Assembly: GCA_965205425.1 (NCBI GenBank)
Contig: CBDBGZ010000009.1
Coordinates: forward strand, 704,001 to 768,000
Direction of reading: 5' to 3'
Source of the DNA: Nitrosopumilus sp.
GTDB lineage: Archaea > Thermoproteota > Nitrososphaeria > Nitrososphaerales > Nitrosopumilaceae
DNA: 64,000 nucleotides
Shown here: one piece after another, positions 9,821-19,592 of the stretch
How positions within the stretch are numbered: position 1 is the stretch's first letter
How the letters are laid out: each line of letters begins with the position of its first letter
The notes under the pieces: model-generated
Database searches by the model: none
The model's input: the letters and a program-made list of their open reading frames with translations, nothing else
What the model was told of the DNA's origin: nothing
Program-made: the position numbers and the translations under genes

Positions 9821-10730
9821 CTCTCCTCAACTTTGACCAGTTTATTCCTGCCAAGCCTTTTGGCGCCAAAAATAATGTCACTACAATGAAAATTAGTGGG
9901 ATTAGCGGACGATATGCAATAAGCCATGCTCCAAATTCTCCAGCCAAAAACCTCGTTCCCAAAATTTCTGTCAGCCCCACCAGAATTCCCCCCGTAATTG
10001 CACCATAAATGCTAAGAAAGCCACCCGTAATACTTGCTGCAAATACACTTGGAATTAGCTGTGGCCCAAGATTCGGGTCTCCCTGAAACCACATTGACAT
10101 TAGTGCTCCTGCAATTCCTGCAAAGCCCCCTCCAAGCAGCCAAGAAACTCCATAGATTAGTTTCACATTAATCCCAACTGTCTCTGCCAGATCAGAATTT
10201 TCAGTAGATGCCCTCATTGCAATGCCAAACTTTGTTTTACGCAGTATAATGTGCAGCGATACTGCAAGGACTGCAACTGCAATTGGCGCTACAAACACAA
10301 TTAATGGCAGTTCCATAAACTCTGCATCATAACTGCGCAGTGAGAATTCCCTTGATGTAATCTGGTATGTTTGGACTATATAGTCTGCAATGATGTTTAG
10401 TAGCGCAATTACTACTAGGTCAAAGGCCAAAGTTGCAATCATTTGAATTGCCTGAGATGCGCCCTTTCGAATCAGGGGTTTTATGATAAACGTGTACAGT
10501 AACACTGCAAGAACTCCAGAAATTACAAATGAGATAGGAACTGCAACATAGGGGGTCATCCCCCAGACATGGGTCACAATCAATGCAACATATACCCCAA
10601 TGGTTGCAAATGATGCATGGGCAAAGTTAGGTACTCTGGTTGTGATGTATGTCAGTGTCAATCCAATACAAAGCAGAGCCAAAAGACTGGCAAAAATTAT
10701 CGCATCAGAAAAAATTGGATCGTATGCCAA
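9804..10730 (-). CDS. livH: Branched-chain amino acid ABC transporter permease
   Basis: GLTLTY...NFAH, TKFGIAMRA and PKGL motifs. Confidence 0.85.
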   Translation of the reverse strand: MAYDPIFSDAIIFASLLALLCIGLTLTYITTRVPNFAHASFATIGVYVALIVTHVWGMTPYVAVPISFVISGVLAVLLYTFIIKPLIRKGASQAIQMIATLAFDLVVIALLNIIADYIVQTYQITSREFSLRSYDAEFMELPLIVFVAPIAVAVLAVSLHIILRKTKFGIAMRASTENSDLAETVGINVKLIYGVSWLLGGGFAGIAGALMSMWFQGDPNLGPQLIPSVFAASITGGFLSIYGAITGGILVGLTEILGTRFLAGEFGAWLIAYRPLIPLIFIVVTLFLAPKGLAGINWSKLRRDGSKH

Positions 10731-10786
10731 GCCATCAACCTACATACAAAACCCTTAATTTCTTTATGCTTTTAAAATGAATCATA

Positions 10787-11542
10787 ATGGTGATTCTGGA
10801 TATTTCAAATATCACAAAGAGTTTTGGGGGCCATACTGCACTTGATGGAGTTGACATAAAATTAAAAGAGGGAAAACTATACGAGATGATTGGCCCAAAT
10901 GGTAGTGGGAAAACCACTCTGATTAATGTAATCTCAGGGATGCTAAAACCTGATGATGGTAAAATTGTCTTTGGGGGCAATGATATTACAAAAAAGGGAC
11001 TCTGCGATACATTTGAGACAGGTCTGGTTAGAACCTGGCAGATTCCCCAGCCTTTTGCAATGCTGACAACTTTGGAGAATTTTGTACTATCAGGCGTAAA
11101 TAACTCCGGAGAGTCATATCTTTTGGCCCCATTAAAATCCAGATGGAAAAATGATGAGCAAAAAATTACAGATGATGCACAAAAAATCATGGAGATGCTA
11201 AATCTGACTAGTCAAAAAGATACGCTTGGCCAGAATCTTAGCGGGGGCCAGCAAAAACTCTTGGAGCTAGGCCGCGCCATGATGTCAGGGGCCAAGATGA
11301 TACTGATGGATGAACCAATTGCAGGTGTGAATCCCACACTGGCCCATGGCATATTTGAGAGAATCTCATCCATATGCAAAAGACAAAAAATTACATTTTT
11401 GATTGTAGAGCATAGGCTCGATATAGCATTGCAGTATGCAGACCATGTTTTTGCAATGAATCAGGGAAAAATTATTACTCAAGGCAGTTCTGAGCAGATA
11501 GTAAAACATCCCAAAGTTCTCAAATCATATCTGGGGGAATAA
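10787..11542 (+). CDS. livG: Branched-chain amino acid ABC transporter ATPase
   Basis: GPNGSGKTT, RTWQIP, LSGGQQKLLE and DEPIAGVN motifs. Confidence 0.85.
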   Translation: MVILDISNITKSFGGHTALDGVDIKLKEGKLYEMIGPNGSGKTTLINVISGMLKPDDGKIVFGGNDITKKGLCDTFETGLVRTWQIPQPFAMLTTLENFVLSGVNNSGESYLLAPLKSRWKNDEQKITDDAQKIMEMLNLTSQKDTLGQNLSGGQQKLLELGRAMMSGAKMILMDEPIAGVNPTLAHGIFERISSICKRQKITFLIVEHRLDIALQYADHVFAMNQGKIITQGSSEQIVKHPKVLKSYLGE

Positions 11543-12274
11543 ATGTCTCACAAACAATCTGATTTAGTAATTGATGTTAGTGATTTGAATTCAGGATATG
11601 TAAACAGTCATATTCTTTTTGGGGTTGATTTTGAGGCAAAGACAAAAGAGATTACAGTAATTATCGGTCCAAACGGTTCAGGAAAAAGTACGTTGCTCAA
11701 AAGCATTTTTGGTTTGTGTGATGTGTATTCTGGTCAAATCAGATACAACAATGAAGAGATTACAAAGATGGCACCGCATCAAATAGCAAGGAAGAAAATT
11801 GCATACCTGCCTCAGACCAATAACGTCTTTGCAAATCTTAGCATAAAAGAAAATCTTTTCATGGCAAGCTATACACTGGATTCAAAGGTACAGCCAGAGA
11901 GATTCTCTGAAATTTTTGAAACATTTCCTATTTTAAAAAAATATGAAAAATCAAAGGCAAGTACTCTTAGCGGAGGTCAACGCCAAATGCTTGCAATGGC
12001 CATGGCACTAGTCTGTCTGCCAAAAGTTATGCTATTTGATGAGCCCACTGCCAGTCTTTCTCCAAAACTGGCAGATGAGGTATTATCAAAAATAAAACAG
12101 ATCAGAGATGACTTTGGAATTACAGTAATCATGGTTGAACAAAATGTCAAAAGGGCGCTAAAGATGAGTGACTATGTCTATCTTTTGGCAAACGGCAAGG
12201 GTGTGTTCAAAGGAAGTTCAGAGGAGATACTGTCTCATCGGCAACTAGGCAAGCTGTATCTGGGGATCAGTTAA
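11543..12274 (+). CDS. livF: Branched-chain amino acid ABC transporter ATPase
   Basis: GPNGSGKST, LSGGQRQMLA, DEPTASLSP and VEQN motifs. Confidence 0.85.
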   Translation: MSHKQSDLVIDVSDLNSGYVNSHILFGVDFEAKTKEITVIIGPNGSGKSTLLKSIFGLCDVYSGQIRYNNEEITKMAPHQIARKKIAYLPQTNNVFANLSIKENLFMASYTLDSKVQPERFSEIFETFPILKKYEKSKASTLSGGQRQMLAMAMALVCLPKVMLFDEPTASLSPKLADEVLSKIKQIRDDFGITVIMVEQNVKRALKMSDYVYLLANGKGVFKGSSEEILSHRQLGKLYLGIS

Positions 12275-13532
12275 AAATAATCGAATCATCAAGGGTTGTG
12301 TATTTTCCAAGTTCAGTCCAATCTCCATCCCTTATTCCCCATACTTTGTAATCTGCTTGGGCCAGATCCCCTGCATCATTTAGTTTTGTGGATCCGATTG
12401 CCCCCATGTAATTCTCAGCAATTCCAGGTATTGCAGCCTTTATTGCACTGACATCAGTACTCTGAGTTTCAAGCATTGCCAGACCAATTAGCCATACTGC
12501 ATCATATGAGGAATGCACAAAGGTGTTGGGATCAGTGCCCAGAGTCTCACTTAGATGAGTTTGTACCTTTTTGTATGTAGGGTTATCAGCAGGTGCAAAC
12601 TGGACTGTTGTAAATGATACATCAGTTGAGAATTCCAGTCCTATTGGATCAGATACCAGATTGCGTTCCTTTGTAATGGCACCAGGTCCAAACCATCTTA
12701 CCTCGCCTAGTATCTCATGTCCTGATGCTGACTGCATAAACTGCAAGACCTCTGCAAATCCCAAAAACAAGACCCCTACCTTCTCAGATCCATACTCATC
12801 TGTATATTTTTGCACTTTTTGAGCCAAGAGTGAAGTTGATGCAGAAAATTCCGGAGATTCGGGATTATACCTAATATTATCATCTACTATGCCCCCTCTT
12901 TGCATGAATGAATCAGATGCTGATTCTCCAAGTCCGTCACCCCACGTATCTCCCCTCCATACTGGAATCATTACTTTGATTCCCTGGTCATGCATTAGCT
13001 TGGCAATTGCAGGTCCCTGATTAGAGTCATCAGGAATCAGACGAAATACGCTGTCATTTGGGATGGCAAGTGCAGGAGCTGACGAGCAGCAGCTGACTAG
13101 CAACATGTTATTAGAATCAGAATACCCCTTCATGTTTCTGATGTTGGAGCTGGTTTCAGGTCCCACTATAACTCCGATTCCTTTGGCATGCAGTGCAGTT
13201 AGTTTCTCCAATGCAACTACGGGGTTGGTTGCAGAGTCTTCTGAAACCATTTTGAGATGCCATGGCGCATCAATGCCTTGCAGATACTTGTTAAACTCTG
13301 ATACTCCAAACTTTGAGCCCTCATGGTTTTCTGCCCCATGAGTTGCCAAGTCTCCAGTCAATGGAAGAATCAATCCAATGGTTACCTCTCCGGACAATCC
13401 TGTTGCATTAACTGGCACTTGTACAGGATTTTCTGCATCCATACTTTCCGAACCTGCAGATAACACCACATAAGCAACACTGATAATAATTGAAATAGCT
13501 ACGACTGTAATTCCTATTTTTTTATAATCCAC
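12267..13532 (-). CDS. Membrane-anchored ABC substrate-binding protein (Leu/Ile/Val-binding family)
   Basis: N-terminal TM helix; IGLILPLTG, GPETS and YDAVW motifs. Confidence 0.85.
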   Translation of the reverse strand: MDYKKIGITVVAISIIISVAYVVLSAGSESMDAENPVQVPVNATGLSGEVTIGLILPLTGDLATHGAENHEGSKFGVSEFNKYLQGIDAPWHLKMVSEDSATNPVVALEKLTALHAKGIGVIVGPETSSNIRNMKGYSDSNNMLLVSCCSSAPALAIPNDSVFRLIPDDSNQGPAIAKLMHDQGIKVMIPVWRGDTWGDGLGESASDSFMQRGGIVDDNIRYNPESPEFSASTSLLAQKVQKYTDEYGSEKVGVLFLGFAEVLQFMQSASGHEILGEVRWFGPGAITKERNLVSDPIGLEFSTDVSFTTVQFAPADNPTYKKVQTHLSETLGTDPNTFVHSSYDAVWLIGLAMLETQSTDVSAIKAAIPGIAENYMGAIGSTKLNDAGDLAQADYKVWGIRDGDWTELGKYTTLDDSIIFN

Positions 13533-13604
13533 GTAAATTTTGTAAAACTTGTGATAATTAAACCTTTGAATTATGAGAGAACGGGATTTGAGACCAAAAC
13601 AAGA

Positions 13605-15884
13605 TCATTGAGACTTGTCATGGACGTAATACTGTGCATCTGAGGACAAAATCTCCAAGGCTTGCATCTCTGAGAGTTTTATGTATTGTTTTGTCTCATT
13701 GTCAATCCTCTCACCAATGACATAATCAATTGTGAGTGGATCCTCTGGTGTGCTCTGTATTGCACTACTGTCAAAAACGCCAGTAGCCCGGGCGACTTCG
13801 TGCTCCATTATATCATTCCATGCCGAATGCATTCTAGTCATGGATGTGGTGGACTTGTCCTGATGTCTTTCAAATTCATCAGGCGTTATTTTGCTCCAGG
13901 TCATAGAATCATTGTGCTCCCACAAGTTGCCAAATTGATCTGCATATGTGGAATACCGCCTGTCTATTTGTGTCAATTCCAATGTAATGCTAGCATCCTG
14001 GCTTGACCTCTTTGAGAATAGCTCATGTGTGACAGGCTCTAATAGGGATTCACCTGTAAACTCGACACCGTCGTTGATGTATGTGACAGTGCTGCGTCTG
14101 TCAAAGTCAGTTGCCGAGATTGCAAGGACATTTGACTTTAATGGTGCAGATATGCTAAAGTCTATTCCAATGATATAGCACAACTCATTAAGCGAATCAC
14201 TGGCACACTTTACCTTGGATATGCTAGAGTCTGTATCCTCCTCATTTACCAGAGATTCTTTTTGCTCATGGACTATTCCTGTAATGGTATAGTCATCTGG
14301 AATTGTATAGTCTCTGTCTAATTGTATGATAATGTCAGTCTCTGCCTCTGATGCCTTGCCGATTTCAGGCACTCCCAAAGACAGGGTCACATCGCGTAGT
14401 ATCTTATCTGTGTACACCTTGATATCGACATGGTTGGTATCACCAATTATTGATTCAGTGAGTACAAATTCGGTGTGGAAGTTGTCTGTTATATCCAGGG
14501 TATAGTCATTAAATGTGAATCCATTCTCCACTAGCTGTGCAGATGATACCTCCCATGACTTTCCAAAGGTAGGTTTCTTTTTCCAGTCATTGCTAGAGCC
14601 TCCACTAGCAGGCTCCTCAGGGTCCATCGGTGGCTCTGGAGGAATAGTAATTGTAAGATCACCTTCCAAGTTGGTAGTACTTAACGTAGACCCTACGGCA
14701 CCAGCATGAAGTCTTAATACAGGTGGATCATATGGTTCATTATTACTATTATCATCTCCCGTGAAAGAAACATTTATTCTATTCCACAGAGTTCTGTCTA
14801 CGAGGGTTATGGTAATTGTATTACCATCAACAACAAAAGTAGATGCAAATGGCGGGGTCTCATTTGTTCCTATTAGACGCAACTCGAACGGGATTGTGGT
14901 TCCTAGAAAATCAATTATCTGGAAGTTGGAGAGATTTACACTGTCAGGGACAATATCATCATTAAAAGTAACTATCAGTTCCCCGCTAAGATCTTCACCA
15001 TCATCATCAACAATATGATTGTATAATACACTAGTAGCAGATAACTGCAAACCATCTACGCCTATACTTGCTTGATTAGAGCGTGCAGATGTAACACCTG
15101 AATTGGTGGCAGTTGCAGTAAATGTGTGAGTAACAAAATTAGGTGATGTCCCTATTGGCACAGATATCTCCCAAAAGCCATTACTGTCTACGGGGGTATC
15201 ACCAACAGACGTGCCACGGTCAAACAGCTCAATGGAATGGCCTGTTAGTCCATTACCAATAACAGTCAGAATACGATCTATTCGGTCTAAATCAATATCA
15301 GAATCTATGATAGGTGGAGGTACAACACCTGGCTGTAAAATAGTCAATGGAATACCAGCAAACCCAATAATTTCAAGGCATTCTCCTCCCCGCTCAGCAG
15401 TAGCACATACGGCGTGGGGGATGTTGGGGGTTATATTGGTGGGACCATTACTTCTTAAAACGGGTATACTGATATGTGGATCGCTGATAGCCGTATCTAT
15501 TCTATCAGATATAGCAGATGTGGGGGATACGGTAATCGTATTACCACTAATATCATGAGACGATGACTGTAGATTTAGCGCGCGTTGGATGTCCCCATTA
15601 ACAAACCCACTAGGGAAAAAGAATAAGGATGGTTCGAAACTGTCAGGGTCAATTCCCTCATTAAAAACTATTGTCAAGTCCTTTGAGCCAGTATCATAAA
15701 ATACGTTGAGAATAGCCAAATCAATATCTGGCCTCTCCCCATATACATCATGACTGGGAATGGCAAGTGTAAGTACAGAAAAGAGTAAAACTGATGATAG
15801 TAACAGAATTTGAGGCTTCACTTTTAATCCAAAACTATTCAAGCATATAAATGATTTTGTAAAAAGACAGACATGACCAACCAT
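13605..15884 (-). CDS. Large secreted/cell-surface protein with repeated beta-rich (Ig-like) domains
   Basis: Signal-like N-terminus; two related domains (LTIVFNEGID / LIVTFNDDIV); Pro-rich linkers; acidic C-terminal domain starting KKPTFG. Confidence 0.65.
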   Translation of the reverse strand: MVGHVCLFTKSFICLNSFGLKVKPQILLLSSVLLFSVLTLAIPSHDVYGERPDIDLAILNVFYDTGSKDLTIVFNEGIDPDSFEPSLFFFPSGFVNGDIQRALNLQSSSHDISGNTITVSPTSAISDRIDTAISDPHISIPVLRSNGPTNITPNIPHAVCATAERGGECLEIIGFAGIPLTILQPGVVPPPIIDSDIDLDRIDRILTVIGNGLTGHSIELFDRGTSVGDTPVDSNGFWEISVPIGTSPNFVTHTFTATATNSGVTSARSNQASIGVDGLQLSATSVLYNHIVDDDGEDLSGELIVTFNDDIVPDSVNLSNFQIIDFLGTTIPFELRLIGTNETPPFASTFVVDGNTITITLVDRTLWNRINVSFTGDDNSNNEPYDPPVLRLHAGAVGSTLSTTNLEGDLTITIPPEPPMDPEEPASGGSSNDWKKKPTFGKSWEVSSAQLVENGFTFNDYTLDITDNFHTEFVLTESIIGDTNHVDIKVYTDKILRDVTLSLGVPEIGKASEAETDIIIQLDRDYTIPDDYTITGIVHEQKESLVNEEDTDSSISKVKCASDSLNELCYIIGIDFSISAPLKSNVLAISATDFDRRSTVTYINDGVEFTGESLLEPVTHELFSKRSSQDASITLELTQIDRRYSTYADQFGNLWEHNDSMTWSKITPDEFERHQDKSTTSMTRMHSAWNDIMEHEVARATGVFDSSAIQSTPEDPLTIDYVIGERIDNETKQYIKLSEMQALEILSSDAQYYVHDKSQ

Positions 15885-15934
15885 AACTAATCAACCCTCA
15901 AACTGTTAAAAAGAGCGTCGCAGTAGTCTATTGG

Positions 15935-16091
15935 ACAAATCCGTTTTCCTTTCCATCTTTTGTGTCGAAAACAGAACCCTACTTTTCGTCACACTATTTG
16001 CCAGTTTGATCGGATCAATCTCAGGCACAACTTAGGCATGAACAATTTAGAAATATTTCTTGTTATTTGTTCCAACTAAGGGGGTATTACC
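15935..16091 (-). mobile_element. Left-end remnant of an IS1595-family element
   Basis: Reverse complement of 16020-16091 closely matches the left end of the element at 36242; a degenerate RWKGKRICP zinc-ribbon start follows. Confidence 0.7.
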
Positions 16092-17241
16092 TAATTTTAG
16101 AAAAACCAAATTTTGATGCCCAACTCTGTTTTTGTTTTTTGGCTGGTTTTAGTGAAAGATTGTCTAGCATTGCATATGTTATAGTGAATCCATGCCCTAC
16201 CATAGTAGCATCTTTATTGTAATTTTCTTTATTAGATACAAATTCATCAGCCAAGTCTTTAATTTTTTTAGTTTTGAGATCAAACAATCTAATCTTTTTA
16301 CCATTTTCTAATTTGATGATTGCATCACCGCTCAAACCTTGAATAGAAAAATTCTCAAAAAATCGTATTGTTCCACTTTCTTTTAATATAATTTCAGAAT
16401 CATAAGTTAACTTTCCTCCATAAAATAAAATTTCCCTGGCAGATATAGTAACATCATCTTCAACATTCAAAACAATGATAGAATCTGCTTCAAGTAAAAC
16501 AGTATTTGCAAGATTTTCTGCAATAATTTTTCCATTTGGAGCTGATATGTGAGTTCTATGTTCTTGAATTTGGAAAACTCCTACACGTATAGGATCTTCA
16601 ACTTTAAATTTTCTTCCGTAAATATTTCCAACCACTACATTTCCATTATCAACAATAATTTTTGCACCATTATCAATTTTATATTTATTTTCTAATGGAT
16701 TAATGAATTTAAAATCTCCTCTAGTAAGATGAATATTTGTTTGGAATTCTTGTGTCCATGATGGACTAGTAATACTTCCTTGCATAATTATTGGACCATC
16801 ATAAGAAAATGTTCCTGCCATAAAATTTCCCTTTATTGATAAAGCACCATTAGCTTTTCGTTCTAATTCAATTTCTCCAAGAGTTTTTGAACCAAACAAC
16901 CTAGATGCAGTAGTGTTTGAATTATTCAAAGCAAAAGCCCAATCTTCAGCAGTTTTCATTTCTTTGAATAGTTCTTGACCCAAAATCTGATTTTTTCTTC
17001 TTACGTCAGCCTCAGAATCACCAGAATGTACTTTAGAATTTTTTAGTTTTTCATAATCTGTTTCTGGATATTTTTTACCTATTTTGAGATCATCATATGC
17101 TTGTTTAATTTTAATAAATTGTTCATTTTCACCTCCACGATCTGAGTGATATTGAAGAGCTAATCGTCTAAATGCATCACGAATTTCTTTTTCTGTTGAA
17201 CCCTCAATAATTCCCAAGATATCATAATTACTTTCTACCAA
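16087..17241 (-). CDS. J-domain (DnaJ-like) protein
   Basis: N-terminal YDILG...RRLALQYHSDRGG J-domain (HSD instead of HPD). Confidence 0.8.
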   Translation of the reverse strand: MVESNYDILGIIEGSTEKEIRDAFRRLALQYHSDRGGENEQFIKIKQAYDDLKIGKKYPETDYEKLKNSKVHSGDSEADVRRKNQILGQELFKEMKTAEDWAFALNNSNTTASRLFGSKTLGEIELERKANGALSIKGNFMAGTFSYDGPIIMQGSITSPSWTQEFQTNIHLTRGDFKFINPLENKYKIDNGAKIIVDNGNVVVGNIYGRKFKVEDPIRVGVFQIQEHRTHISAPNGKIIAENLANTVLLEADSIIVLNVEDDVTISAREILFYGGKLTYDSEIILKESGTIRFFENFSIQGLSGDAIIKLENGKKIRLFDLKTKKIKDLADEFVSNKENYNKDATMVGHGFTITYAMLDNLSLKPAKKQKQSWASKFGFSKIR

Positions 17242-17326
17242 AATCTACACCAAAGTTATTTTTTTAAATTCCTATACTTGTAGGTTATCAATTATAGAAT
17301 ATTAGGAATGTGGAAAATAAGAAATT

Positions 17327-17986
17327 TTAGTTGGTTTTTTTCGATTTTAGAAGAGCTAGAACTGCAATAACAATTCCAATTATTCCAACTACAATACCAA
17401 TGTAACCTACATTGTTTGATTGATTATTTTCCAGAATAGTTATTGATTCTTTTAAATCACCAACATCTTCAATTAATGCAGTATGCCCATCAATCATTTG
17501 TTGTATTGTAATATCTGCAGGTTCAGGAAATTCAATATAAGCACGTTCATCAACTTTGGGTGGATGCATTGATAAGCTAATTGGAGTTTCTACTATTGTT
17601 CCTAGAATATTTGCTTGATAAAATCCTGAAACTGTTGGATTTACAAATGCATAATATTTTCCCGGAATATTATGATCTGGTGATAAAGGAAGTGTAATGC
17701 TTTCATCTTTGTAAATTAATTTCATTTTTATGGTTTTTCTTAAATCTGAAATTCCATTTTGAAATTCTTGAGATTCAGCACATTTTATTGGTTCGGCAAT
17801 ATCTGGACATGGAATTAGAGGACTAACATAGAATTCAATGGCATTTGTTTCTCCAGACACAACAGGTTCATTCATCCAACCAATCTCAACACGATATTCA
17901 CCTACAGCATCAACTGTATGACCATAAGCAATGCCAGATAGGCCAGGTATGATTAACAAAAATATCATAAATAATTTTAATTGCAT
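17327..17986 (-). CDS. Exported protein with C-terminal membrane anchor, unknown function
   Basis: Signal peptide, IGWMNEP motif, C-terminal TM helix plus basic tail. Confidence 0.65.
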   Translation of the reverse strand: MQLKLFMIFLLIIPGLSGIAYGHTVDAVGEYRVEIGWMNEPVVSGETNAIEFYVSPLIPCPDIAEPIKCAESQEFQNGISDLRKTIKMKLIYKDESITLPLSPDHNIPGKYYAFVNPTVSGFYQANILGTIVETPISLSMHPPKVDERAYIEFPEPADITIQQMIDGHTALIEDVGDLKESITILENNQSNNVGYIGIVVGIIGIVIAVLALLKSKKTN

Positions 17987-18056
17987 ACTAAAAAAACTAA
18001 ATCTGATTTTAAAAACGTTCTACTAATTTTCATAAAATGGTTGATATTTGTACCAG

Positions 18057-19502
18057 TTAAGCATCAGCATACATTGAAACTTCCCATGCTGTAGGAGTTT
18101 GTGCAAATGCAGTATATTCTTTATATTTCAATTCAGAATATGCTTCAAGGAAATCTTTTGTGAAAACTTCTTCTAAGAAGATTGAATCACTTTTCAATGA
18201 ATCAAGTGCACCTTTCAATGAAACTGGTAGTGATCCAATGTTGTATTCTCGTTTCTTTTCTTGAGAAAGTTTGTATACATTTTCTTCAACAGGATCACCA
18301 GGATCAATTTTGTTTTTGATTCCATCTAATCCTGCAAGTAATAATGAGGCCTCTAAAAGATAGATATTTGCAGTAGGATCAGGTACACGATATTCAATTC
18401 TTTTACTTTTTTCTTGATTTCGATTATACATTGGAACTCTAATTGCAGTAGAACGATTTGCCAAACCCCAACAAACATTGACAGGAGCTTCAAATCCAGG
18501 AACTAAACGTTTGTAGGAATTAGTTGTGGGGTTTGATATTGCACATAATGCTGAAGCATGACTTAGAATTCCTCCAACATAATATCTACCAGTTTGACTC
18601 ATTTGTGCTACGCTATCATCTTGATCATACATGGCATTGGAATTTTCATTCCATAAACTCTGATGAGTATGCATAGCTGATGCATTATCACCAAAAATTG
18701 GTTTTGGCATAAAAGTTGCTACTTTATTTTTTCTTTTAGCTTTAACCTTTACTAAATTTTTTACTGCAATCACATTATCTGCCATGCTAATCATTTCATC
18801 ATAAACTAAATTGATTTCACATTGACCAGAAGTTGCTACTTCATGATGTTCAGCTTCAATTTTTATTCCAAAATAATTATACAAGTCATCACAGACGTCT
18901 TTTCGAAATCCTTCTAAGGTATCTTTTGGTTGTGATGGATAATATCCTTCTTTGATATCTATGGCAGTACTAACATTTCCTTTTGCCCAAGGAGATTCTT
19001 TAGATTCTATTGAATATCCAGAGCCACCTCCAGAATGAGTTGCAGCATAAGGTGACGGATATACATTGATGGCATCAAATACAAAAAATTCTATTTCAGG
19101 TCCCCAGTTAGTATGAGTAAAACCAAATGTACCAAGTTTCTCTGATGCTTTAAACGCAATACCTCTTGAATCTCGATTATAACGTGATTCTTTGTTTGTG
19201 CTACCATCATATAGATCACAAAATATTCTTGCATTTTTTCTATTTCCAGGATCATAATCATTTGGAAGAATTTTAAATGAATTAGGATCTGGCATTAAGA
19301 TCATGTCTGAATTATTTACAGATTTGAATCCAACAATAGAACTTGCATCTAGTTTTTCAAGACCATTTACAAAGCTATTTTTATCAATTGCATAACTTGG
19401 CATTCCAACATTATGGAGTTCACCAAAAATATCTACAAACCAAAAATCAATGAAGGAAATTTTTTCATCTTTAATAGCTTGTAATACTTGATCTGCATCC
19501 AA
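18057..19502 (-). CDS. glnA: Glutamine synthetase type I (paralog 1)
   Basis: GPEIEFF, HHEVATSGQCE, TFMPKP, SYKRLVPGFEAP and RIEYRVPDP motifs. Confidence 0.95.
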   Translation of the reverse strand: MDADQVLQAIKDEKISFIDFWFVDIFGELHNVGMPSYAIDKNSFVNGLEKLDASSIVGFKSVNNSDMILMPDPNSFKILPNDYDPGNRKNARIFCDLYDGSTNKESRYNRDSRGIAFKASEKLGTFGFTHTNWGPEIEFFVFDAINVYPSPYAATHSGGGSGYSIESKESPWAKGNVSTAIDIKEGYYPSQPKDTLEGFRKDVCDDLYNYFGIKIEAEHHEVATSGQCEINLVYDEMISMADNVIAVKNLVKVKAKRKNKVATFMPKPIFGDNASAMHTHQSLWNENSNAMYDQDDSVAQMSQTGRYYVGGILSHASALCAISNPTTNSYKRLVPGFEAPVNVCWGLANRSTAIRVPMYNRNQEKSKRIEYRVPDPTANIYLLEASLLLAGLDGIKNKIDPGDPVEENVYKLSQEKKREYNIGSLPVSLKGALDSLKSDSIFLEEVFTKDFLEAYSELKYKEYTAFAQTPTAWEVSMYADA

Positions 19503-19592
19503 TTTTGATATTTTTTAGAAATTATTTTACTAATGTGGTCTTGTAAGTTAGAATTGGCAAGTTAGTCAGGTAAATTGTAAAATTTATTGGAA

